This document shows positions 38,559 through 57,038 of a stretch of 64,000 bases of DNA, in pieces. The first letter of the stretch is position 1, and each line of letters opens with the position of its first letter. A model generated the notes under the pieces. It worked only from the letters and a program-made list of their open reading frames with translations. It was not told the DNA's origin and did not search any database. The position numbers were made by a program, and so were the translations under genes. Location: NCBI GenBank assembly GCA_951406725.2, contig OX597816.1, forward strand, positions 147,188,001-147,252,000. Reading direction: 5' to 3'. Source of the DNA: Octopus vulgaris (Eukaryota).

Positions 38559-39767
38559 ATGGCTAGCCACCAAAAATCCAACAAAAACTGGTCTGATAAT
38601 GAAGTCGACGTTCTTATCAACACATGGCATGGCCTTACCGAAACAGAGAGCATAGGTGCTATGTATCTGAACGAAATTGCTAAACGAGCAGTTCACCATT
38701 TGCAAACTCGATCTGAACAGCAGATACAAAGTAAATTAAAACAAATCGAAGTTGCTTTTAAATTAATAAATAAACACTTCGATAAACTGAGATGTGTTTT
38801 CTCTTCGAACGCATCACCGGCGCAACAACAACAACCTCAACAACAACAAACTCAGCGGCAACAACAACAACAACAGCTACAGCAACAACAACAACCTCAG
38901 CGGCAACAACAACAACAGATACAGCAACAACAACAGGATGAACCACTCCTCGATTCATCTACAATGGCTGATTTGCTAAACGAAACGATTGATCCCCCAG
39001 TCATCAGGGTCACACAGCAGGAAGCACCACCCCCTCCTTTCACTGCCCCAGCAGCTCAATCATCATCATTGTCAACACCATCTCCTCTGCTTACTACTAC
39101 TAGTACAACTCCAACTATGTATCGACAAACATCTTTGTCTTGGAATCGACCTCCTCAATCATTACCACTGTCAACATCTCTTCTACCTACTACTACTACT
39201 ACTACAACTACTACTACTAATGCTATCTCAAGGAATTTACCTCCTACAGGTCACAAAGGTCGCCAAAACTTCAACAAACTATCATCTACACCTTTCACAA
39301 CTCACACACACACACGCACCTACACACCCACTCGAAACCCCATCATTTGCCGATATTCTCTTCGCCATAGACTGTGCACTGATAGAGACTGCAAATTCAC
39401 CCATTTACCTGGAACAAAACGCTCTATCCCCACAAACTACAACAGCAACCACCATAATACAACACCACCACAACCACCAATATCTCAAACAAGGAATCCC
39501 CAAATCTGCCGCTATTCCCAGCGAGACAGATTGTGTCTGCACAGGGATTGCCCCTTTACCCATCTCCCGGGGACTCGTCGGACATTTAAAGATAACCACT
39601 CACATAAAAATAGCCGCGGCCACAGTCACCTGCGGTTCCCTAGACAGGAAACAACCTCTTCTTCCTCTTTTTTAGCTATAATGAATCTAGCAAAAGAACT
39701 GGAAAAAAACATCCGAGCTATCACCCACCACCATCCACCACAAATACCCCACTGCACATGCCATTAA
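38559..39767 (+). CDS. LINE A ORF1, 402 aa: Myb/SANT-like N-terminus, polyQ, S/T/P-rich linker, two CCCH zinc fingers
   Basis: NWSDNEVDVLINTW...EIAKR...RSEQQIQSKLKQI...FK fits a trihelix Myb/SANT-like pattern. CRYSLRHRLCTDRDCKFTH and CRYSQRDRLCLHRDCPFTH are both C-x8-C-x4-C-x3-H. Confidence 0.85.
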   Translation: MASHQKSNKNWSDNEVDVLINTWHGLTETESIGAMYLNEIAKRAVHHLQTRSEQQIQSKLKQIEVAFKLINKHFDKLRCVFSSNASPAQQQQPQQQQTQRQQQQQQLQQQQQPQRQQQQQIQQQQQDEPLLDSSTMADLLNETIDPPVIRVTQQEAPPPPFTAPAAQSSSLSTPSPLLTTTSTTPTMYRQTSLSWNRPPQSLPLSTSLLPTTTTTTTTTTNAISRNLPPTGHKGRQNFNKLSSTPFTTHTHTRTYTPTRNPIICRYSLRHRLCTDRDCKFTHLPGTKRSIPTNYNSNHHNTTPPQPPISQTRNPQICRYSQRDRLCLHRDCPFTHLPGTRRTFKDNHSHKNSRGHSHLRFPRQETTSSSSFLAIMNLAKELEKNIRAITHHHPPQIPHCTCH

Positions 39768-40729
39768 AAAGCAATCAAATAAACAAATCACCAAAACAAT
39801 TAAAACCATCCACTCTCGCCTCAACATTTCTGCTTAATGCCCAAGGCATCAGCCCTTCCACCAATACACAAAAATGGAAGATAAGATTCCTGGAGGACTG
39901 GGTCGAGGCCCATCCAAACCACATCCCTTTCTTCGTCCTCACTGAAACCCATCTTAGTGACCTCCACTTGAAAGCCGAGGTGAAAGTTTAAAATTTCAAA
40001 ACCATTCGTGCTGATCGTGCTGGCAGAAGAAAAGGTGGGACTGCCATTTATGTCCATGATTCATTCTCAACAGAAGCCATGAACATATTTTCGAATGGAT
40101 ACTGCGAAGCAGTCGCTGTATTCAGTCAAACCAACAACTTAACAGTAGTTGGGCTCTACAGACAACCCCAAACGCCCCTACCATGCTTCAAGGAATGCCT
40201 CAACAGCATAAAGTGTTTCATTCAGCAGTGTCAACCTGACAACATTTTAATGATGGGAGACTTCAACCTTCCCGGGGTTGACTGGTCTACAAACAGTCTG
40301 CCGCCAGGTTCTTCTCTCTCAACCCCTGACAGGGAGGCAGTGGAATCGCTTCTTGACTTCATGGATGACTTCTTCTTGTCCCAACTGGTACTCGAACCAA
40401 CGAGATGTCACAAAAACGTCTTAGACTTAATTTTCAGCAATCACACTGATACTATCCACAATATTGCAGTGGAGAAAACCCTACTCTCCGACCATGACAT
40501 GGTTCTCTGTGATCTGAGATTTCACTGGCCAAAATGCAAAACAAATGTCATCCCTCCTGTTCATCCATTTGACACTATGGATTTCCACAATGCAAACTGG
40601 GAAGCGATCAATAATGATCTTGCACAAGTCGATTGGTCCTTCACGCACACATACACACCCACTAACATTAAAAAGTCCTGGCAGTCACTTGTAGACACCA
40701 TCACGAATGTGCAAGACACACCCCATTAA
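39758..40729 (+). pseudogene. LINE A copy 2 APE endonuclease ORF with one nonsense change
   Basis: Same as 12017-12988 except AAA>TAA at 39989-39991 and a few substitutions. Its ATG overlaps the ORF1 end by 10 nt. Confidence 0.85.
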
Positions 40730-40815
40730 GATCTGCAAACAAATCTAAGTGTCGAATCCCTAGAAATAGAAAATCTCTCATAAGGAAAATTAAAAGAATC
40801 AACAAAAAGATCAAC

Positions 40816-42771
40816 ATGCTGAAATACTGTCAACAGCAACACACCAACCTGACTGCCATCTCGTCGCTAGAGATTAAAAAACATAAACTCCAAAACAACA
40901 TGATGTCTATCATCAATAGTCAGCGAAGAGCTGAAGAGGCCTGGGCCATTGAGAAGATCAAACTCAATCCCAAAGTGTTCTTTTCATTTGCAAAAAAACA
41001 CAGAGTCACTGGTTCTACTGTTGGCCCTCTGATTGATGAAAATGGTACTCTTCAAGACAATGCCAAAACCATGGGGGAGATATTGCAGAAACAATATTGC
41101 TCTGTTTTCAGCAATCCTGATATGACTGATCTGGGCTGTATCAGTGATGTTACTCCCAAATACACTTTATCGGACATAACATTTGGCGCTCCTGATGTCT
41201 TAGCAGCAATAAAGGAAATGAAGCATAATTCAGCAGTAGGTCCCGATAGGTTCCCTGCTTGTGTCTTGAAGATGTGTCAAAACCAACTTGCACCCCCTCT
41301 AGCCAATCTGTGGCGGAACTCACTGGATGCTGGATATATACCAGAGGACCTTCTATCCCAGTCTGTTGTCCCAGTTTTCAAAAAAGGAAACAAATCGCTT
41401 GCCGTGAATTACCGTCCAATCTCACTCACCTCTCATATCATCAAGGTATTTGAGAGGGTGCTGAGATCGCGTATGACTCACTTCCTTGAGAGGCATAATA
41501 TGCTGAACCCCAACCAGCATGGATTCCGTAATGGGAGAGATTGCCTGACGCAGCTACTGCATCATTTTGATGACATTTTGAGAGCCTTGGGAGCAGGTTC
41601 CAACACTGATGTCATCTACCTTGATTTCAGCAAGGCCTTTGACAGGGTTGATCATAAGAACCTTCTGAGAAAGCTGTCCAATATTGGTATCACTGGAAAG
41701 TTGCTGCAGTGGATCAAGTGCTTCCTGTCTAACAGAACCCAACATGTTGTAGTCGAAGGAGTCAAATCCAGCCCAGCCAAAGTCAGCAGTGGTGTCCCAC
41801 AAGGCACTGTGTTGGGCCCACTTCTCTTCATCATCTACATAAATGATATTACTGATACCATCAAACACAGTAACATCAGAACCTTCGCTGATGACTCCAA
41901 GCTCCAGAAGGTCATCAATGGCGTGGATGACCGAATAAACCTTCAGTCAGACCTACTGGCTGTTGTCCAATGGGCGGAAAAGAATAACATGTTGCTAAAT
42001 GAAGACAAATTTGAACTGATCCACTTTGGAAGGGAGGACGCTCTGAAACTCCCATACTCTCTTCCTTCTGGAGAAATTCTCATGGCATCCAACAACATCA
42101 GAGACCTGGGAGTAACAGTGGACAACAACATAAGCTGGGCTACACATATAAGCAGCAAAGTTGACATGACCCGCAGAATGTGTTCCTGGATTCTCAGAAC
42201 CTTCCAGTCGAGAGATTCCCACGCTATTATCCTTCTCTTCTCCACTTTTGCCCGACCCCACCTTGAATACTGCAGTCCACTGTGGTCTCCCTACACAAAA
42301 CAAAATATTATGAGAATTGAAGCTCCCCAAAGGTCAATCACAAAAAAGATAGATGGCATGTCAGACCTTGACTACTGGGGTAGACTAGAGAAGCTGAAAT
42401 TGTATTCATTCCAACGACGCCGTGAACGCTACATTATCTGTATGATGTGGAAAATATTCCACCAGCACTGTCCGAATGATGTTGGCATCACCTTCAAAAT
42501 GCATCCAAGGCTTGGACCACGTGCCATCCGTCCACAACAAAAATCTAAATCGCATCACATAACGACAATACGGCACAACTATTTCACCTCAATTGGACCT
42601 GCTCTCTTCAACATTACACAAGGGAACGTCAAAAAAGAAACTGACCACACAAAATTCAAGAAGTCTTTGGACAAATTCCTTCAAACAGTACCGGACAAAC
42701 CGCCCACACCCGGATATGTCTCCGCAAACAATAACTCTCTGCTCGAATGGGACTTGGTGCCCAAATCCTGA
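40816..42771 (+). CDS. LINE A copy 2 reverse transcriptase ORF (651 aa, open)
   Basis: [63 protein letters not shown] (CR1/L2-group RT). The frame is also open upstream to at least 40681. Confidence 0.9.
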   Translation: MLKYCQQQHTNLTAISSLEIKKHKLQNNMMSIINSQRRAEEAWAIEKIKLNPKVFFSFAKKHRVTGSTVGPLIDENGTLQDNAKTMGEILQKQYCSVFSNPDMTDLGCISDVTPKYTLSDITFGAPDVLAAIKEMKHNSAVGPDRFPACVLKMCQNQLAPPLANLWRNSLDAGYIPEDLLSQSVVPVFKKGNKSLAVNYRPISLTSHIIKVFERVLRSRMTHFLERHNMLNPNQHGFRNGRDCLTQLLHHFDDILRALGAGSNTDVIYLDFSKAFDRVDHKNLLRKLSNIGITGKLLQWIKCFLSNRTQHVVVEGVKSSPAKVSSGVPQGTVLGPLLFIIYINDITDTIKHSNIRTFADDSKLQKVINGVDDRINLQSDLLAVVQWAEKNNMLLNEDKFELIHFGREDALKLPYSLPSGEILMASNNIRDLGVTVDNNISWATHISSKVDMTRRMCSWILRTFQSRDSHAIILLFSTFARPHLEYCSPLWSPYTKQNIMRIEAPQRSITKKIDGMSDLDYWGRLEKLKLYSFQRRRERYIICMMWKIFHQHCPNDVGITFKMHPRLGPRAIRPQQKSKSHHITTIRHNYFTSIGPALFNITQGNVKKETDHTKFKKSLDKFLQTVPDKPPTPGYVSANNNSLLEWDLVPKS

Positions 42772-42857
42772 ACTGAAAGACTTCACCAGGTGGTGCTATT
42801 AAGTTAGACATGGCCTGGGCACATACTGGCCAAAACCTTTCTAAGTTATTCTAAGTT

Positions 42858-49608
<6,751 letters not shown>

Positions 49609-51536
49609 CTACAGGTATGCCAAAGAAACAGCTACAGTGCACTGTAGAATAGGGCCACTCCTCGAAAAGGATGGCACACTTACAGGAAAACCAATGAGGG
49701 TAAGTGAAATACTGAATGAGCAATTCAAGAGTGTTTTCACTCCACCCCTTGGGCATCTCCAAATCACCAATCCAACTGACTTTTTTACCACTGCAGATAT
49801 AAAATCAGAGGCGGCGACGATAGATTACATCGATATAAAGGAAGACGATGTAACCAAGGCTATAGATGAAATGAAAACAGACTCAGCTTCTGGCCCCGAT
49901 GGATTCCCGGCAATCCTCCTAAAAGCATGTAAGAGAGTCCTAGCAAGACCACTGCAGTTCCTCTTTCAGAGCTTCCTTGCAGCTGGCAAACTTCCAGGAA
50001 AACTGAAGGAAGGTAAAATATGCCCCATTCATAAAGGAGGTAGCAGAGCGGAAGCCAAGAACTATAGACCTATCTCTCTGATCTCACACATCAGCAAGGT
50101 CATGGAACGAATAGTCAGAAGGAAGCTGATCACCTTCCTTGAAGAGAATGACTTGCTGCCCGACACCCAACATGGTTTCCGACCAGGAGAAGCTGTTTAA
50201 CTCAGCTCCTACAACACTATGACTGGGTGCTGAAACGGCTGCTCAACCACTCAAATGTGGAAGTGATATATCTCGACTTTGCAAAGGCCTTTGATAAAGT
50301 CGATCATGGAATGATATGTCACAAACTGCGTGATCTCAACATAGTTGGAAAACTGGGAGAATGGCTTCATGACTTTCTGAAGGATAGAAGTCAGGTGGTA
50401 GTAGCCAATGGGGCCACCTCCATTAACACACAAATAGTGAGCGGTGTTCCGCAGGGCACTGTTCTGGGACCACTACTGTTCATAATGGCCCTCTCAGACA
50501 TGCCCTCAGCCACGCAGAGAGCCACGATCACAAGTTATGCAGATGATACAAAAGTTTCACAGGCAATACAGAACCCTGAGGACACTAAACACCTGCAATG
50601 TGAGCTGGACGAAATATACAAGTGGGCTGAAAAGAATAGCATGCAGTTCAATGCTGGAAAGTTTCAAGCTTTATACTATCAGCATGCAAAACTGAATGCA
50701 ATACCCAATGAATACACTGGACCCGGAGGGATTGCAATCCCAGAGGCACAATCAGTACGTGACCTGGGTATTCACATGAGTGATGACGCGACCTTTCATG
50801 TACATGTTGCTAAACTGACAATGAAATGTAGACGGCTGGCTGGATGGATTCTTAGAACCTTTAGAACAAGAGAACAAGAAACCATGATGGTCCTCTGGAA
50901 GACACTTGTCCTAAGCCACTTTGACTATTGCTCTCAGCTATGGTCACCATCCAGTGTCAAGTTGATCACAGAACTTGAGGCGATCCAACGAAGCTACACA
51001 AAGAAGATAGCCTCTATGCAGAATGTAAGCTACTGGGAAAGACTCAAGAGATTAAAATTATATTCCCTGGAGCGTAGGCGGGAAAGATATGCCATAATAT
51101 ACATCTGGAAGATCCTGGAGGGAAGTGTCCTGAACTTTGGCATCGAGAGTTACGCAAATGCCAGAACTGGGCGCCACTGCGTGGTGCCTAGGACTCCAAA
51201 CCTGCCATCAAGATGTAGGACAAGATTCTGTGATAGCCTGGGCTTCCGAGGCCCACAGCTCTTCAATATCCTCCCGAAGAACCTGAGAGACCTGCATGGG
51301 GTGGATACAGATGTCTTTAAAATGAAGCTGGATCTCTTCCTGTCAGGTGTCCCAGATGAACCAACTTCACGGCAGGAGGGGCAGATGAGGGCAGCTGCAT
51401 CGAACTCTCTCATGCACCAAATAGCAGTTGCTAGAAAGCCTCCATGAAGTGAAACCAAGTAGCAACACCAAATGGCGGTGCCCCAGCATGGCCACAGCTC
51501 ATGAGCTGAAACTGGAATCAATCAATCAATCAATCA
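49609..51536 (+). mobile_element. 5'-truncated CR1/L2-group LINE family C (RT only, one frameshift)
   Basis: [16 protein letters not shown]...QHGFRPG, 1-nt deletion at ~50188, [15 protein letters not shown], stop at 51447, (AATC)n tail. Confidence 0.93.
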
Positions 51537-51779
<243 letters not shown>

Positions 51780-52181
51780 ATAACTTAGAATAACTTAGAA
51801 AGGTTTTTGGCCAGTATTGGCCCAGGCCATGTCTAACTTAATAGCACCACCTGGCGAAGTCTTTCAGTTCAGGATTTGGGCACCAAGGCCCATTCGAGCA
51901 GAGAGTTATTGTTTGCGGAGACATATCCGGGTGTGGATGGTTTGTCCGGTACTGTTTGAAGGAATTTGTCCAAAGACTTCTTGAATTTTGTGTGGTCAGT
52001 TTCTTTTTGACGTGTCCTGGTGTAATGTTGAAGAGAGCGGGTCCAATTGAGGTGAAATAGTTGTGCCGTATTGTCGTTATGTGATGCGATTTAGATTTTT
52101 GTTGTGGACGGATGGCACGTGGTCCAAGCCTTGGATGCATTTTGAAGGTGATGCCAACATCATTCGGACAGTGCTGATGGA

Positions 52182-52183
<2 letters not shown>
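51780..52183 (-). mobile_element. 5'-truncated LINE family A, copy 3 (~400 bp)
   Basis: Near-identical to ~9890-10290. TA arrays on both sides. Confidence 0.93.
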
Positions 52184-52230
<47 letters not shown>

Positions 52231-52345
52231 GTATATATATGTGTATATATATATGTGTATATATATATATGTTTATGTATATATATATGTATATGTATGT
52301 ATATATATATATATGCATATATATATGTATATATATATATGTATG

Positions 52346-52392
<47 letters not shown>

Positions 52393-52495
52393 GTGTATAT
52401 ATATGTGTATATATATATGTGTATATATATATATGTTTATGTATATATATATGTATATGTATGTATATATATGTATATGTATGTATATATATATG

Positions 52496-52526
<31 letters not shown>

Positions 52527-52527
52527 G

Positions 52528-52560
<33 letters not shown>

Positions 52561-52605
52561 GTATATATATATATATATATATATGTATATGTGTATATAT
52601 ATATG

Positions 52606-52636
<31 letters not shown>

Positions 52637-52724
52637 GTATATATATATGTATATATGTGTATATATATATGTATATATATATTATATGTGTATATATATA
52701 TGTATATATATATATATGTATATA

Positions 52725-52781
<57 letters not shown>

Positions 52782-52800
52782 ATATATATATGTATATATA

Positions 52801-52851
<51 letters not shown>

Positions 52852-52969
52852 GTATATATATATATGTATATATATATGTATATATATATGTATATATATA
52901 TATGTATGCGTATATATATATATGTATGCATATATATATATATGTATGCATATATATATATATGTATGC

Positions 52970-53001
<32 letters not shown>

Positions 53002-53025
53002 GTATGTATATATATATATATGTAT
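52184..53025. repeat. (TA)n/(TATG)n array
   Basis: Direct reading. Confidence 0.95.
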
Positions 53026-53205
53026 CAACTTCACGGCAGGAGGGGCAGATGAGGGCAGCTGCATCGAACTCTCTCATGCACCAAATAGCAGTTGCTAGAA
53101 AGCCTCCATGAAGTGAAACCAAGTAGCAACACCAAATGGCGGTGCCCCAGCATGGCCACAGCTCATAAGCTGAAACTGGAATCAATCAATCAATCAATCA
53201 ATCAA
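53026..53205 (+). mobile_element. 180 bp 3' fragment of LINE family C
   Basis: Matches 51362-51536 apart from one substitution seen in the hairpin (CATAAG vs CATGAG) and tail length. Confidence 0.93.
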
Positions 53206-53366
53206 TATATATATATATGTATGTATATATATATATATGTATGTATATATATATATGTATGTATGTATATATATATATATATATGCATGTATATGTGTGT
53301 ATATATATATATATATGTATGTATATGTATGTATATATATATATATGTATGCATATATATGTATAT

Positions 53367-53398
<32 letters not shown>

Positions 53399-53449
53399 GT
53401 ATATATATGTATGTATATATATATATATGTATGCATATATATATATATG

Positions 53450-53502
<53 letters not shown>

Positions 53503-53521
53503 GTATGTATATATATATATG

Positions 53522-53555
<34 letters not shown>
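53206..53555. repeat. (TA)n/(TATG)n array
   Basis: Direct reading. Confidence 0.95.
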
Positions 53556-53559
<4 letters not shown>

Positions 53560-53859
53560 CGTGATCACTATGACCGATCAAGCTATCAGATGTTGCTACA
53601 CATCGCTGATCACAATGCACTTATCATTGTTTTAGCCATCAAATGACGCCACCCCGCTGGCTAAGCGAGCAGGCCAACAGAAGAGAAAGTGAGAGAAAGT
53701 TGCGGTGAAAGAGTACAGCAGGGATCGCCCCCGACCTGCTAGGGCCTCGGGGAGCTTTAGGTGTTTTCGCTCAATAAACACTCACAACGCCCGTCCTGGG
53801 AATCGCGATCCTACTACCGCGAGTCCGCTGCCCTAACCACAGGGCCATTGTACCTCCAT
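53556..53859 (-). mobile_element. SINE family C, near full length
   Basis: Head TGGAGGTACAATGGCCCTGTGGTTAGGGCAGCGGACTCGCGG; homologous to 5370-5559. TA runs on both sides. Confidence 0.8.
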
Positions 53860-54121
53860 ATATATATATATATGTGTGTGTGTGTATTTGTGAGTGTTTC
53901 TGTGTGCGTATGTAGTTTATACGTTAGAGGCAGCAGTTCTCTTTAAACACCATCCTGTCCACACCTCAAATGTAAAATTATCGTTGTTATCCGATAATGG
54001 CTCCGAGTAGCTATCATGCTACACAAAACCCTTCTACTCTTATTGGAAATTTGATGTCATCATACAGTGGAAATGCATCAGCAATTCCATAGTATCTGTA
54101 GAGTTTATATAAATTAACAAA

Positions 54122-54553
54122 TAAGAAGCTTGCTTCCCAACCACATGGTTCCAGGTTCACTCCCACTACATGGCTCCTTGAGCAAGAGGCTTCTACTATA
54201 GTCTCGGGTCGACCAAAGTCTTGTGAGTTGATTTGAAAGAAACCCGTAGTATATATGTATATATACATAGTAGAGACTATAGTAGAAGACTCTAAAAATA
54301 TATATATACATATATATCAGTGAGTGTGTGCGTATCATTCTGCCTGTACTTATCCGCCACTACCATTTCACTAACGGTCTTGGTGTGTTTATGTCCCCAT
54401 AACTAAGCGGTTCGGCAAAAGAGAGGACAGTGTAAAATCTAGGATTAAAATAATTAAGTCCTGGGGTCGATTCATTCCACTACAACTCTCCCAGGCAGTG
54501 GTCCATCACAGCTGCAGTCAAATGGCGGAAACAACTAAGGGGTAAAAAAGAAT
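54122..54553 (+). mobile_element. SINE family A
   Basis: TAAGAAGCTTGCTTCCCAACCACATGGTTCCAGGTTCACTCCC head, CCTTGAGCAAG core-like motif, internal microsatellite and a LINE-B-like tail. Confidence 0.85.
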
Positions 54554-56204
54554 AGGTTAGAAAATAGAATTAACGACATAGTTTATTTAACACGAATACA
54601 ATTGTTTCGATACATTTTTACTCCTGTAGTACATAGGTGAGATGCTGTGTAATCATTATCATCCATCCGTGGTGTAAAATATGCCTCCACAGATGGTTTT
54701 TAAATGTTTTTCATTGGATTTCAACGTCATTTCGTTCAAATTGAGAAATCATAACCATACTTCAGATATTCAAATTAGGGAGATCATCTTTATAATCTTT
54801 GAAACTTGAGCCGAGTAGACGAGTACATGTGTATCGACTAGTAAACTTGTTTTAGTTTTAATATTCAAATTGAAAGTATACATCTATGTCTTATATACAC
54901 ACATGCATATAGAATGTGTGAGGAAGAACTAAAGAGAAAAACAGTAACAATGTATAAGGGAAAAGAAAACCTATATATTAATGCTTTTACTTGCATAAGT
55001 CTTAGTTCGTATATTTATATAATTCTGAAAATGCATCATGATCGCTTTATTTTTTACCAGGTCCGTTTTTCAAAAAAAGAAATAAAAATCTTATTGTTGC
55101 GATGATGGCGGTGATGGTGGTAGCCGGTTCATATTTGGCGCCTGAGGTGATCGTCTTTTGGTGTTATTCGCGAAATTGTTGTAATGCAGTTTCTAGTGAT
55201 GGCTGTACTTGTATTTTCTGTATTTAGAATTTTTCTGAACATTCTCTACTTTAGTAGTAAAGCCATTAGATTGTCCCCTGCAGATAAAGTTGTATGTAAT
55301 ATTTAAATATTATCAGCGTGTAGAAGGTGAAGAATTTTTTTTTATTTATCATATATGTGTCTGTGACTGAGTGCATATGAATATGTGCGAGTGTGTGTGT
55401 GTGCGCGCGTGTACATATGTGTGTGAGTGTGATTTTGTGTGTACGTGTGTGTGCGCGGTTATATATACGCGCATGTGTGTTTGTGTGTTTGTGCGTGTGT
55501 GTGTGTGCTTGTGTCTGTGTGTGTGAATAAATGTATACAGGCAGAAAACCGCAAACACATATTCCTTTCGACCGTTTTATTTTAGACTTTTTTCTATTTT
55601 CTTCTTCGTCGTCTTTTGCATCTCCTTAATACATACTGAGTCTTAAAATATTAAGTATTAGTTCCTAATACTAGCGTAAGACATTTCACACTTTGTATGT
55701 TTAAGCTTTTACCTTCCTTCTTACACGATCCATGTAAATGCAAGCGAGTAGTAAGTTAAAGTGTGAAGGTTATGCAATGTCAGACAGTGTATATTCATAA
55801 GAAATACAAAACTTGTAGTATTGCGTTGACATCTCTGGTCACCAAATGCTGCTAGGCAATATATGTGTATAAGCATCATATATAAATACCTGTCTTGTTA
55901 TAAAATTGTTCTTTTTTTAACAAGTGAAAGAAAAATCTCTTTCTCCTTCCTTTTCAATATATATATATATATTATATCGTCAGTGTATCATATATCCAAA
56001 CCAGAAGCATACTCTGAAGCATAGAGCAGTTATGTATTAAAAGTAATTAAGTATATGTCCAGTCATTGAGTGACGAATGGTTCCAATCCACAAAGGACAT
56101 ACCGCCGCGTACGTCTCGCCAGCCTCCAAAGCCGGAGACAAATGGCCATAAAAAAACATATTCCTGCCTCCCAGAGGTGAAGAACTACATTTGTCTTCGG
56201 CTTT

Positions 56205-56265
56205 AGAGTCTGACGAGACGTCCTCTAGAGTAAAGCCTTTGTGGAGGCGAAACCATTGGTCACAC
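56205..56265 (+). ncRNA. Hammerhead-ribozyme-like motif (probable PLE remnant)
   Basis: CUGACGA-G...CCUC...GAGG-C-GAAA-CC-AUU-GG-UC: intact core with a GUC triplet and stem III ACC/GGU. Stem I is only ~2 bp before a (CA)n run. Confidence 0.5.
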
Positions 56266-56909
56266 ACACACATATATATATAATTGAAAAAAGTTTTATA
56301 CTGTATGAGCTTTATACGTACTTAAATATATACTATAACTATATATATATAATATATATATAAATAGATATACAAATAAATAAATAAATAAATGTATTTG
56401 TCACATACCTGTGATAAATATAAGAAATAGAGAAATAAATAAATAAATGTATTTGTCACATACCTGTGATAAATATAAGAAATAGAGATATAAATAAATA
56501 AATCTATATAAAGGGCATGGATACAAACAACATAAGAAGTGAGTCCATATACACACACAAGCAAACAGATAGCCGCAGCAATATCAACAACAAGACTAAC
56601 AATGACAACTGCAGTGGTGGAGACAACGATGGCAACAACAACAACAACAACCACTACGTTGTCAACACCTTGGGCGAACACATAAACACAGAGAGTTACA
56701 GGAACTGTACCAAATTTTCGGGTCCTAGGTTAGCAGCAGCGCAATGGGGTGAGAGGATGGGGCTTAAGGAAAGGCTATGCTGCTGCTAAGAACAATGTCA
56801 CACACAGAATCATACTCACACACACGAATACACACATGCAAATACACACAGAAACACGGACGCAAATGTATGCGCGCATAAGGATACACATCATAGAAGA
56901 GCAGAACAG

Positions 56910-57038
56910 AGTAAGTGGTCCTACTTTACGAAACACCATGCTTACGAGTTTTTACGAGTTTTATTTACTGTTTTCGAGTTTTAGCTTTACGAGCGTTCTC
57001 CAGGAATGAATTAACTCGTATATCGAGGCATTATAGTA
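56910..57038. mobile_element. Decayed Tigger/pogo-like MITE
   Basis: Repeated TTACGAG motifs and a terminal GAATTAACTCGTATATCGAGGCATTATAGTA resembling ...CTCGTAAGTCGAGGTACCACTG|TA. Confidence 0.4.

Larger units (their letters stand above)
38082..42857 (+). mobile_element. Full-length CR1/L2-group LINE family A, copy 2
   Basis: 477 bp A-rich 5' UTR, ORF1, EN, RT, short 3' UTR with a hairpin and (TTCTAAGTTA)2 tail. TA arrays on both sides. Confidence 0.95.
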
